NCBI GenBank assembly: GCA_051294375.1
Contig: CM119271.1
Location: forward strand, 14,700,770 to 14,764,769
Direction of reading: 5' to 3'
From: Paraspadella gotoi
Lineage: Eukaryota > Animalia > Chaetognatha
Length of the DNA stretch: 64,000 nucleotides
Shown: in pieces, positions 22,801 through 33,541 of the stretch
How the letters are laid out: each line of letters starts with the position of its first letter
Numbering within the stretch: position 1 is the first letter of the stretch
The notes under the pieces: generated by a model
What the model was told of the DNA's origin: nothing
Database searches by the model: none
The model's input: only the letters and a program-made list of their open reading frames with translations
Position numbers and translations under genes: made by a program

Positions 22801-23209
22801 GAGTGAGACGGGTAAGGGCGGCGGCGGCGGCGGCGGCGGCGGCGGCATGGAGAGGCAAGAAGCATTCATCGTTGGCGGGCATCCTCCTCCTCCCGGCAAT
22901 CGAGGAGGGCCCGTCTTTCAAAATTCCAACGATTGCGGCCCCGGCTTAGTGACGGGCATGTATCCCGCGGACCGGGCGCCGCCGCCTCCGCCGCAACACC
23001 CACCGCAACAGATGCCGACGCAACAGCCACAGATGCAGCTGACGCCGGGAATTCATCAAACGCCTACGCTGAGCGCCCTGTCCATCGACCCTTTCCCCGA
23101 CCTCGGCGCCATCGGTCACGCAGTCGACGATTTCTCCAACTTCGACAACATCCAACCGACCATCGGTCAGCCCGCTCTCTACGGAAACCTTTTCGACGGG
23201 AGCCTTTAG
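19843..23209 (+). CDS. CTNNB1: Beta-catenin (armadillo)
   Basis: Exons 19843-20166, 20261-20335, 20423-20557, 20708-20847, 21078-22413 and 22694-23209 join in frame. Degron [14 protein letters not shown], plus LINYQDDAE and ARM repeats ([18 protein letters not shown]; [18 protein letters not shown]). Confidence 0.97.
22484..22637 (-). mobile_element. Mini Penelope-like insertion with a hammerhead, in the last beta-catenin intron
   Basis: 13-bp TSD AACTCTTTAGATT (22471-22483, 22638-22650). Minus strand reads GGCG-CTGAAGA...GAAAC-at-GTC-CGTT at ~22571-22608. Short inverted end AAACTTTGTTCTA. Confidence 0.8.
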
Positions 23210-24207
23210 TCGGGATTCGGACGACGAAGTTGAATCGCGAAATCGGAGACAATCAAATGATCAATTAATGAAGAGGCGAAGAGAGAAGTTTATACATTTT
23301 CTAAAAGATTATTATTACTTTGGTTAAATAGTATTTTTGACATAACGAATGAAATGATAAGTGCGAATCTAACCGGCTTTCCCGAGTCGTTTATCAACAT
23401 TTTCCTAATATCAAATATTATGACTTGAAAATCTACGTCTTCGAAAAATGTATTGCAGATATACATGATACAATCTGGTAAAGTACGTATAAGAGTCAAT
23501 GAAAACTGGTACACTGTACAGGATGGACAATTTTAATGGTTTCTCCTACTTTATTTTACAGTCCGCCCTTAGAGAAAAAAATATGGTGCGATATCATTTC
23601 TAAATAAAACGTCATATTACGCATAATGACGAAAGAATATCGCGACGAAATCTTTTTTGTTTTAATTCGGAAGCAATTTATATCTGATTCTAAGATAGTT
23701 TTTACCAGTCGTCAACGACTTTTTTTGCCATCAGTTTTCGTTATTTTTACCAGTCGTCAACGACTTTTTTTGCCATCAGTTTTCGTTATTTTTTGACGAG
23801 TCATTTACATTTATTTTTTCAACGACTGCTCACGCAGAAGAGAAAGGGGGGGGAAAAAGAAAATTTTCTATAAAACCTGTTGAAAGCTCCAGTTTTATTT
23901 TTTTAAATATATATATATGTGCCTTGTTTTTTGGTTTTTTTTTTCGAGACTTGTTATTCACTAATGCCGAGTACACTGATATTGTAGTTGATTTTTAGAA
24001 TAAAACCCAACTATATTGGTTTCGTTGAAGGAAAATTATTTTAAAAGTTCCACCAGACAAGATAGATTAGATTAAAAAAAAGATAAGCTCAATAACGTGA
24101 CGAGGTTTATCAAAGAGACCACGACGATCGAGCAGATTTTAAAAAAATGAAATACGTAATAAAACTATTTTGAAGCGAGGAATTTTCCTCTCATCTTGTC
24201 GCCCTTT

Positions 24208-24470
24208 TCCACAAATCTAATCGAATTTCATTTTTCCACAAATCTAACCCAATTTCCTTTTTTACAAATCTAATCCAATTTCCTTTTTTACAAATCTAAT
24301 CCTTTTTTCTTTTTCCACAAATCTAATCCGATTTTCTTTTCCTTTTCCACAAATCTAATGTGATTTATTTTTCCACAGATCTAATCCTTTTTTTTCACAA
24401 ATCTAATCCGATTTCCTTTTCCACAAATCTAATCCGATTTCCTTTTCCACAAATCTAATCCGATTTCCTT
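24208..24470 (+). repeat. ~26-bp minisatellite
   Basis: About 10 copies of CCACAAATCTAATCCGATTTCCTTTT variants. Confidence 0.9.
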
Positions 24471-24802
24471 ACCTCCAAAAACTCTCTCCTCACCAATCCT
24501 TTTCGCCTCGGATTTAAACCTATAAATTTTTCAGCGCCGAGGTTGGTAACACATTCGAACACATTTCTGTCGCTACGTTCAACTCTTCGCTTCGTTTCTC
24601 CAAAAGAACTCTTGCCCATCAGCGCGGACTCCGCGTCGTCGCCTTGATTTTGAAAGAGCGCGAAATGAGCGCCTACGAGGTAAAGCAGTTTGGGCCACGC
24701 CCATCTGCGCGAGCAACGTCGCCGAGGTTGAATGACTTTTTTTGCTTTAAATACGACCTCTTTTAGTTTCAAAGATTACATTGTTATAAGTTATAATATT
24801 AA

Positions 24803-25040
24803 GGGCATAATTTTACTTTCGCCGACCTGGGTTAAGGCGGTTTAAAGGTTAAAGAGTAATTTAAGGTTAAGGGTAGTTAGGGTTAGGAGAGTTTAAGTAA
24901 TAATTTTAAAAAAATTATTTAAAAATTCTTTTTTTTAAATTAAAATTTAATAACCTAACCCTAAACCTTAACCTTCTTAACTTTAAACCACCCTTAACTC
25001 TAAATATCCTAACCATGGTCAGAAAAAGTAAAATTAACCC
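24803..25040. mobile_element. Fold-back MITE family
   Basis: AATTTTACTTTCGCCGAC...GTC(G/A)G..AAAGTAAAATT inverted termini. Further copies at ~25989-26134 and ~57073-57188, and a half copy at ~20875-20900. Confidence 0.7.
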
Positions 25041-25401
25041 ATATTTATTGTTTTTTTTTAAATTATTACCAAATTATATGCGATTTTATTCGAATACAAC
25101 GAGGTTGATTCAGTACAATCATCATCAACAAACAAACAAACAAAGACAGACTAAGTCTAAGCAAAAAACATAAAATAGAGAGAAAAAAAAAACAGTTAAT
25201 TAAATAAATTACCTTTAACTGGTAAAATTTTACTTTCGCTTGCTTTAGGGTAAAGAAATTTTGAAGCACTGGAATCGTCTGGATTCGTCATATTTTTTAC
25301 ATAAGACAAGAATTACCCTCGACTAAAGTTGTGGCCATTTGATCCGTCACTTTATTTTCTCCTCTCCTTTCACGACGAAGAACTTTGTGGGTTCGCGCGG
25401 G

Positions 25402-27505
25402 ATGTTCCTTCACTCGCCGCGTCGAGGCTCCGCCTACAACATCGCCGACGACTTTGCGGAATTTACCGCCAAAAATGAAGATTGGAAGAAGCTGCAGCAG
25501 GCCGTCGTCTCTCTCTTCCAGGCAATCGTTTTTTTAATAATTTTATACATATGAAAGTTGCAAAATTACCTTATGGTGGACTAAAATCCACCAACCGTTC
25601 ATCAGCAGACATTGGTGCCGGAGGCAAGTCATTCGCCTCCCAACCCAAAGGTCCGGGGTTCTAGCCCGGTGGCCGCCTAGCAGTTAAGAGGGACGGGGCG
25701 CTTAACCCGCCTGTAACATGGTGTTACAGCATGATCCGAAGCTCAGGGACTGCTTTTATTGAACGGTTCTGTTATTAACACCTATCAATAATTACTGTCT
25801 CTTCAATCTTTATTTTTTTAATTATTTAAAAATAACTATTATTTATGATTTTATTTATTTGCTTAAATATTTTTTGTATTAAATATTTAAATATAATATT
25901 ATTTATCTGTTTGGGATGGGGACGTTAATGTTAATGAAATTGTGTATTTACACAACACAATGTTAGATTATTTTCTGTTCCATATATTAATTTTACTTTT
26001 GCCAACCGGGGTTCAGGAGTCTTTTGAAAAACCATTTGAAAATATTTATTTAAAAAAAAAATTAAAATAAACTTATTAGCCAACTTTCTTAACCCTAAAC
26101 CCCCCAACCGCAGTCGGCGAAAGTAAAATTAACCTAATAATAATAATAAATAATAGAAAAGTTTGAGTTAAGTCTCGCCGCGACTAAAACCTAATTAAAC
26201 AATAGTTAAAACTATAATTGACTGTCAGAAGAAAAAGATGAAGGGCGCGGAAGTTCTGAGAGTTCAAAACAATCTCATCGCCTTGATGGATTCGCCCAGC
26301 GGAAGTTTTCTACAAGAATACTACAACGGTATGCAGTCTGCACTATGCTTCTTTATTCTTTATAATGGAAGTATCGTGAACACAAGTTTAATAACTATAA
26401 AATATTGACAAATGAGGCAATATTTTTTACAATTTGAAAATTTGCCATGATCGTTGAAATCCCAAGATCAACTGTTGATGCGCGGAATGATCATCCTAAG
26501 GGAACCTCTTCGCAAACTTCAGAGCGAAAAGTTGATCAAGGAATTGGGTGAATCCTGGAAATACTTTCACTCGGAAATACTTCCGCTACTCGAGGCGAGT
26601 ATGTGATGTAAAATTTGATTTTGTATCAAGATTGAAAAATGATACAGCAGCTCACAACAGCCACAATACAAATTAAATTAGAATTAAGAAGACAACGTGG
26701 GAAAAACCTAATCTACGAGATTAATTCGATAGTTAATTTAAACGAGAAATAAAGTGTAATGTTATTTAAGTACTCTTTTCATGAATCGTCTCATCGTGGC
26801 TGAGAAAAATACGTAAACTTAACTTCCTTCAAAAATACGCGGTCGAGTTAAACATTATAATGATAATCAAGTTAAATATCTGTAACAAGGCGATCTTTTA
26901 CAAAATCGAGAGCAAGTCCATGCCTGTCCGAAAAGCGACGCTGAGGGCGTTCAAGGACGTCGTCGTCGTCAAGTTGCCTCTATTGGAGGCGTTTAAATCG
27001 GAGGGAAGGTGAAAAGAATATAAAACGGGTACTAAATAAGTTCGATATATTTATAAATAAAATTATTAAACAATATCAAAGAGAAAAAGCTGGTAGAAAA
27101 TCCCTCATCTTCCCAACCTTCTCCTCGGCCAGAAAAGTCTCTCGCGATTCGACGATGCGGCACATGCTGTTGATGCTCTCAACGTCGACGGACAAGGCCA
27201 ACCCCGACCTTCATCTGCAGCAACTCCTTTCCCACGTCGTCAAACCGTTTTTGGGTCACCTCGGATTGTTCGTGGGACCAGGAGAACCGGTCATAAAGTG
27301 AGGGCAACTGCTAGAGCGGGGGGGGATGTTGAGACAACCTCGTGACCCACCCATCCTCTCCCGTTAATAAAGGTCAGTAGCGGCGACGTGCGAGGAAGAG
27401 GAAGTCGTTCTTCGAAAACCCGCCGGCGTCGAGGAAGAGTTGCGGCCCGAGGCGCATCTTCGGGTCAACGTCCAACGGTTGAGCCTCAACGTTGATCAAG
27501 TTTGA
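25402..27505 (+). CDS. PRR5/Protor-like (HbrB domain) TORC2 subunit
   Basis: Exons 25402-25521, 26229-26328, 26467-26594, 26890-27008, 27133-27297 and 27373-27505. WKKLQQAVVSLFQ...QLLMRGMIILRE...WKYFHSEILPLLEAIFY matches the PRR5 family. At least one GC donor is needed. Confidence 0.8.
25572..25805 (+). mobile_element. Solo LTR of the tRNA-carrying TRIM, in PRR5-like intron 1
   Basis: Full-length 234-bp copy TATGG...TTCA with flanks ACCT/ATCT. A-box-like TGGTGCCGGAGG and B-box-like GGTTCTAGCCC. Confidence 0.85.
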
Positions 27506-27943
27506 CGGATTCAACGTTTTGAAATATATATATATATATCACAGTCGCTGTCTGCTTTTCTCAATGTTTTATGTCGAAAATGCAGAAGGATCTAATTACA
27601 ATTCCATTTGCATTGCGCGTTTTAAATTCTCCATTGACTAATACAATTTCCCTCCTTTCTCTCTTTGATTTCCCCATACGAAATTGTAAACTTGAAAATT
27701 GATGTTTTAACTAAAAGTAAAAAAAAAGGAAGTATTTTAAGCTCAATGAACAATACTCGTTAGTACATTGTAAAAAACAAAACACAAGCTCATTCAGAAA
27801 TTTGCAAACACTACATAAATCAGGGGTTAAAATTTTTTAAAAAGAAGACATCTCATGACTCGTTAGTCGACGTCCTGGTCCGAAGTAAATATAAAGAAGT
27901 TACAAATGGTTTCTGCTGCTCTTGCTGTTGCATTCCTTCCCGC

Positions 27944-29503
27944 TTAATAATGTCGGCGGTCGGAAGCGGTCCGAGAAATTGAGGCGTCTTTGGCTGCGTC
28001 CCGAAGGGATCTGACAGGGGACATGTTGGCGCCGCTGCCGCCGCCACCGCCGCTGCAAGCCGGCGACGCCGCTGCCGACCAGCAAGATCCAGAGTCGATG
28101 GTGAGATCCTCGTTGCCGCTACTAGGCAATGGAGAAGGAGAGCCTGAACTATAAGGAGAGGCCGGAGGAGAAACCGAAGGAGAGGCCAATGGAGTGAATG
28201 AAGTGTAATTCAATGGAGAAGATGTTGGAGAGAAACGATAAGAAGGAGACATCAAATGAGAATACGAAGGAGATAACAATGGAGACCGCGATGTATATCC
28301 AGGATTTGCAGGATCATCAGCCAAAGAAAAAGCCGATCTAGAAGGAAAAGGAGAAGCCAAACCAGAGTATGAAGGAGAAGCCAAATAAGAGGGAGAATTA
28401 TTAGCAAAACGAGAAGACGTAGCGGAATACGAAGGAGAGCCGGAACTTTGACGCAATGGAGAGTATGAATTATAAACCGGGGAATTAGGATTATAATTCA
28501 ATGAATATTGACTAAGCGATGAAGGAGAAGCCAAGGGCGAGGCCGAATAATAAGGCGGAGAAGTCAGATAGCCCGATGGAGAAGCTGAAGTAGAGGCCAA
28601 AGTGGAACCCGAAGTTGTTACCATGTCGATTCTCTCCCTCTCATTAAGCTCCATTTTAATTTTCTTTTCTATCATCTCACGCATTGTTTTCTCTTCCTCC
28701 GTTTCCTCGTCTTCCTCTTCATCTTCCTCTTCATCTTCCTCTTCATCTTCCTCAAAGCTTCTTTCCCTCGCAACCGACGCTTTCTTCTTCTTCCAGTGAT
28801 TCTCCTTCGTGTCACGTGACGATCGACTGCTGCTGCAGTGCTGCTCTCTCATTTCAGCATTTTCGTCGCGTTCTTCCATCATTTCTGCGTCACCATCGAC
28901 TTCCCTCTTCACGCCTCCACGGTGCCTCGACGCCGAAGATCCTCGCCTCGACGTCTTGACCCGTTCCGCTGGCGGCGTCGCTAAAACCGCCGGCGCCGTT
29001 GAAGCTCTCTTAGGCTCGCGGCGTTCCGTTTCTCGAAATCCCTCGACGATCCACTCCAAGGTTTCGAAGGCTTGCTCGAACGTCTCGTAACCGTAGCTCT
29101 GAAAGACGGAAGCGACGTCGTTTTCGCACGAGACCGGCGTCGTCGAACCTCGAAATCGAAACGCGCCGCGTCCGAGAATAGCCAACCGGTCGATCCCGTT
29201 GCGGCTCCGCCACGAGGCCAGCGTCGCCGCCGGAGGAGTCGGCGGATCCAAGACCGCTATCTCGTAGCCGGAATCGAGCCATGGTCGAAAAAGACGAGCG
29301 ACCGCCTCTTCCGCGTCCCTCGTGAGAATGTCGTAGACGGGTGGGCGTTTCCTCCTCTGCGCGACCACGAGCCAAATGAAGCCGATCGGGGCCGACATCG
29401 ACGCCGGGTAGAGTTGAACGGCGAGAGTGGCGTCGCCGCCGAAGGTCGTCATCCCGTAAGGAGACGAGAGGGGCGACGACGCCTCCACGAAATTCGATTC
29501 CAT
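27944..29503 (-). CDS. Uncharacterised protein: globular N-terminus, acidic tract, Ser/Pro/Tyr-rich C-terminus
   Basis: 519 aa uninterrupted ORF with exon-like GC composition and a TTTACAG acceptor upstream. Confidence 0.7.
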   Translation of the reverse strand: MESNFVEASSPLSSPYGMTTFGGDATLAVQLYPASMSAPIGFIWLVVAQRRKRPPVYDILTRDAEEAVARLFRPWLDSGYEIAVLDPPTPPAATLASWRSRNGIDRLAILGRGAFRFRGSTTPVSCENDVASVFQSYGYETFEQAFETLEWIVEGFRETERREPKRASTAPAVLATPPAERVKTSRRGSSASRHRGGVKREVDGDAEMMEERDENAEMREQHCSSSRSSRDTKENHWKKKKASVARERSFEEDEEEDEEEDEEEDEETEEEKTMREMIEKKIKMELNERERIDMVTTSGSTLASTSASPSGYLTSPPYYSASPLASPSSLSQYSLNYNPNSPVYNSYSPLRQSSGSPSYSATSSRFANNSPSYLASPSYSGLASPFPSRSAFSLADDPANPGYTSRSPLLSPSYSHLMSPSYRFSPTSSPLNYTSFTPLASPSVSPPASPYSSGSPSPLPSSGNEDLTIDSGSCWSAAASPACSGGGGGSGANMSPVRSLRDAAKDASISRTASDRRHY

Positions 29504-29980
29504 TTTTTGAATGAAAGAAGCGAGATGGAATTTTCGAGCCTGGGCGGGTCAACTCTCGCTGATCTGTAAACGTAGTAGTAGAACGCCCTTACATTTTTTA
29601 CAATGATTCACAGTGTAAATGTTGGGAATAGGAAAAAAAAACGAACGAAAGAAAACGTAGGTAAAATTGAAGCTATATTTATATTTCAATGGATTCAACG
29701 AATGTGGGTCGGGTTCAACGCAACCCCACGAAAAGACACGAATGAATGCGAAACACAAACTAATACTGAATATCTACGTAACACCGTCCGGTGTGGTTAT
29801 CTTTTGTGAATACAATTATGTGTAAGACGAATAAAAATCCCGAGGAAGGTGAAAACTTAATCCTCCAACCAGGAATTCCGCTCGAGAACTCGAGGCGAGG
29901 GTCAATACTACTCTTGATCAAGATTTTTCCCTATTTATCAAATTTTCGTTCAGACTCGATTTAAAAATAAAACTATGAAT

Positions 29981-32168
29981 TCAAGCCGCAGCTTTGACTG
30001 CTTGACGTTCGATCGCAGCGCAAATGGTAAGGTCATCATCTTCGTCGTCGTCGTTCCCGTCTCCTGCGTTATTTTCGGCAAGGGTGGGTTCTTCCTTGCC
30101 CGCGCCCTCGGGCCCTTCCTCGGCTTCGGCCATGTCCGCCGAGGCTTCGGTGGGCGGCGAAGCGTTGGACTCCAAATCGGCGCTTGAGAGAGTCGCCTCG
30201 GAAGAGGAGGAGGAAGGGCGGGGAAGAGGAGAATCCACGGACGAGTCTAGAAGGATGAGCGAATCCTGAGTGAAGCCTGTTGGACGAGATGGTGGAGGGT
30301 TGGGGTGTGAGGAAAACAGAAAAAAAGGGGAACGCGATCAAAATTAAGGAGAATTTGTAATTGTCACAAAGCCGCCATGAAAACTCACCCCTCCCCCAAT
30401 TTCTTAATGACTCACCCTTCTTAACTTTTCCTTCTTCCGGTCCCACTTCTTGAATGGCGGGATCGTCAGCGATGCCGACGTCGAATCTCACGTTCGTCAA
30501 ATCCGGAATTCCGTCCTCCTCTTCGCTGCTGCTGTCTTCCGGCGGCGGATTGGCGCGACGGATAGGCGCGCCGGAAATGGCCGGATCTACGCGGGAGGCG
30601 AGGTCGCTGAAAGGTTGACCCGAGATGACCAAATAGTTGGCGGTGGAGTTGCCCTGGACCTGGAAATGTTTTAATGTCATTTCTATAGGTTATATTTCGA
30701 GCTCTATTTTCATGAAATTGGTACAACAATTTAATAAATGAGCTGTCTTGCCCCTGACTTTGGACAGGCTTTGGTGGTTTATGGCCTCCCTCACTCTTAC
30801 AAGATAATGTCATAGCAAGTCCTTGCAAGCTTGTATTAATCATATCAATACCCTGGGGTTAACAAAATGAAGGGTGGAGCCATCTTCGTGGAAGATCCAA
30901 GCTTCGTCAATATCCGTCAATAGGAATGCCCTGAAAGAAAACAAGAAAAAAGGTAAAAGAGGAGGAAGTGTACACAACACTTCATCCTTTAAAGCTTCTT
31001 AATCTACAACCTAATTTGGCCAGTGGCCACCTAATACTACCTCTAATCCTCGTTAAGAGAATAAAAAATACATTTCTTATCCTTTCCCCAGTCGTCTTAA
31101 ATATAACAGATTCATTTTATTCATTTTATCAACCTTTAATTCTTTTACTCTTTCAACTACGAAAATCTTTTGTTTATGTTTCGAAAAAGAAAGCGACGCG
31201 AGCGCCGTTGGCGTTGCCATTCAAAATTCTCTTGCTGAGAAACAAAAGTGACAAATTCTAAGTAGAAACCACTCGGCGTTATCCTACACCTAAATAGTAA
31301 TAGATTATATGTTATTCAACGATTCATATTTACAGGGAGGTCCATTTTTTTTGGGACTAACTTAAAAAAATCGTTTGGACGGGTAAATAAAAAAAAAATA
31401 GAATGAATATTGATACACTTAAAAAAAATTATAATGATAACACAATCAATTAAAAAGATTTACTTTCGGCATCCAAGACCATCTCCAAGTGTTCAAAGAA
31501 GGCAGCATATGCTTTAGTGATCGCGCCCGTTGGGGATGCTATCATTTCTGTTACTATTGTTGCTGTCAAAAAGTCAATAGTTCTAGAGGGGATGCGTGGG
31601 ACATTTTGCTTCTCTATCCTATCATTAATCAGGAGGATGGCAGTCAGTAAAACTGTACGGCCAAAAGTAAGGAACCGCTATCCTTCTAGTTTTTTTAACA
31701 AAATTTTCCAAAATTTTGTAAGGAAGCGGCGCAAAGAATTTTGAGATGTTATGCAAAAAGCTTTAATTACAGTATTTTCTGTTGGATTTTCCAGACATTT
31801 TTCGAAAGGAAATTTAACCCTTTCCAAAAATAGTTTCTTTTTTCCTCTATCAAAAACCATTTTTGTGCTGTGAGCGCTTGAAGTTAGTCCCTTAGAGCTG
31901 GACCTCCCTGTATATTATAGCCTTCACTGAAAATGAAACTACCGAGTCTTAGCTACTCCTACCACAACTCTAAACGAACGAGCTAAATTAATATATCTAA
32001 TAAAATAGAAAATGAATGAACCAACTTTTGCTTTTTGAGCTCCATCTGAATCTTCTTCTCGTCATAAGCGACGGGATAAGTGGGAACGACTTTCTTCTTC
32101 CGCCTCATGGAGCCTTTGCCTCCGATCCTCACTTCGCCGCTCATACGGTTCAGCTTTTCCCTATTCAT
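29981..32168 (-). CDS. BTF3/NAC-beta-like protein with an extended acidic C-terminus
   Basis: Exons 32168-32026, 30930-30852, 30659-30416 and 30276-29981. MNREKL...[16 protein letters not shown] and [12 protein letters not shown]...AN...ISG are NAC-beta motifs. Confidence 0.85.
31333..31910. mobile_element. Internally deleted Tc1/mariner element in BTF3-like intron 1
   Basis: TIRs CAGGGAGGTCCA..GGGACTAACTT / AAGTTAGTCCC..TGGACCTCCCTG, with TA on both sides. Confidence 0.8.
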
Positions 32169-32787
32169 TTTTTTTCCTTCAAACTGAGTCGATTTCCCAA
32201 GAATCGTGTTTGGGTCGAAACGGAAATAGCGGGGCGACTGGATCAAGCTTGGTTAGCTGGGAAACCTCTTTGTTTAAGCTGGGATAGCTGGTGTTGAAAT
32301 GATCATCGCGATAGAAACGTAACTCAAAATGAATAAATAATAACAAATTTTGATGACTAATACTGCGCCATGTCTAGTAGACGTTTGGATCGTAATCTAA
32401 TTAGGTATAATAATAATTTGGGCATGACTTTTAAAACGCAATCTCGAAGTTTCACAGAAATAAGAAAATGACGACCAAAATTTAATAGCTGGATATAAAA
32501 TATTGAAAAATTGTAACTAATCTACTAATTCAGGCCATTTTTCAAACTCCTAATAAGCTTAAGCATAAATAACAAAATCAGTCAATATAATGTTTACTTA
32601 AAAAATAAATTATAGCAATGAGAGTCAGCTCGTCAATGATTCAATGGGTTCTATGCTTCTTCTTCTACTCAGAAACCGCGAGAAGCAAAAGCTATAATGA
32701 CAATCAAAAAGAGAAAAAGGAGAAAAAAAGAGTGAGGAGGGGGAATGAGGAATTGAGGATTCAGGAATGATGGGGACGATAACAACT

Positions 32788-33368
32788 TTATTCTTTCCAT
32801 CGATGCCCGCATTCCATGTTGCAGCATTTATAAAAAGTGGTCATGGGTTCGTCCGCGGATCGAGTCTGAATCTGCATGAAGAAGGCGCGACTGTGCGCGC
32901 ATTTGGGACAAGTCTCTTCCGTTGAGTCAACGTTCTCCCAAGCCGCCGCTCCACCTGATGGAAGATGGAAGGGGGGGGGGATTTAGTTTAGATATAAAAC
33001 AAAACAACATAAATACAAATTAAAATTGAAATAAATTGTTCGTTTAGTGTTTAAGTGATCGATTGATTTAAATATTTATTTAAATAACTTAATTTAGTTT
33101 CATCAACTACTCGATCTTATAATGGTTGTTTTATTCATCTATTTATATTTTTTATTTATTTAATAATTTATTTATTTATTTATTTAAACGTCAAAACTTC
33201 TTATCGACCCAAAACGTCGTCGATCTCCTTCAACTTGGGATATTTCTTGTTGGAAATCTTCCTGGTCACGTTATGGACGTACGGACAAGTGGCGCAGCTG
33301 AATCTGTACGTGGAAGGACCTTCCTCGGCGATGAGAATGTTCGAACAGGTCGGACAAAACATCAACAT
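32788..33368 (-). CDS. POLR3K: RNA polymerase III subunit RPC10/C11
   Basis: Exons 33368-33209 and 32954-32788 give [12 protein letters not shown]...[21 protein letters not shown]...[18 protein letters not shown]...CGHRWKE. Not present as an ORF in the supplied track. Confidence 0.97.
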
Positions 33369-33541
33369 CTTGAGACCGTAATGGTTTTTTATCTTTGCAG
33401 ATTATCTTCTGAAACTGAAAAAAAAAAACCCGGGATCTTGAGAACTGGTATATCGAGGTGCGGTGTGAGGAGGGAAAGGGGGGGGCAAGGGACAAGGAGA
33501 AAAGAGAAACTGAAAAAAGTCAAAGGGAAAAAGGAAAATAA

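Noticed and set aside
23697-23795. ~45-bp tandem duplication downstream of beta-catenin
   Set aside because: A simple two-copy duplication with no other structure.
24828-25010. Telomere-like TTAGGG/CCCTAA motifs
   Set aside because: They are degenerate and confined to the arms of a fold-back MITE, so not an interstitial telomere.
32788-33368. RNA polymerase II subunit RPB9
   Set aside because: The [13 protein letters not shown] and [14 protein letters not shown] motifs identify Pol III C11 (POLR3K).
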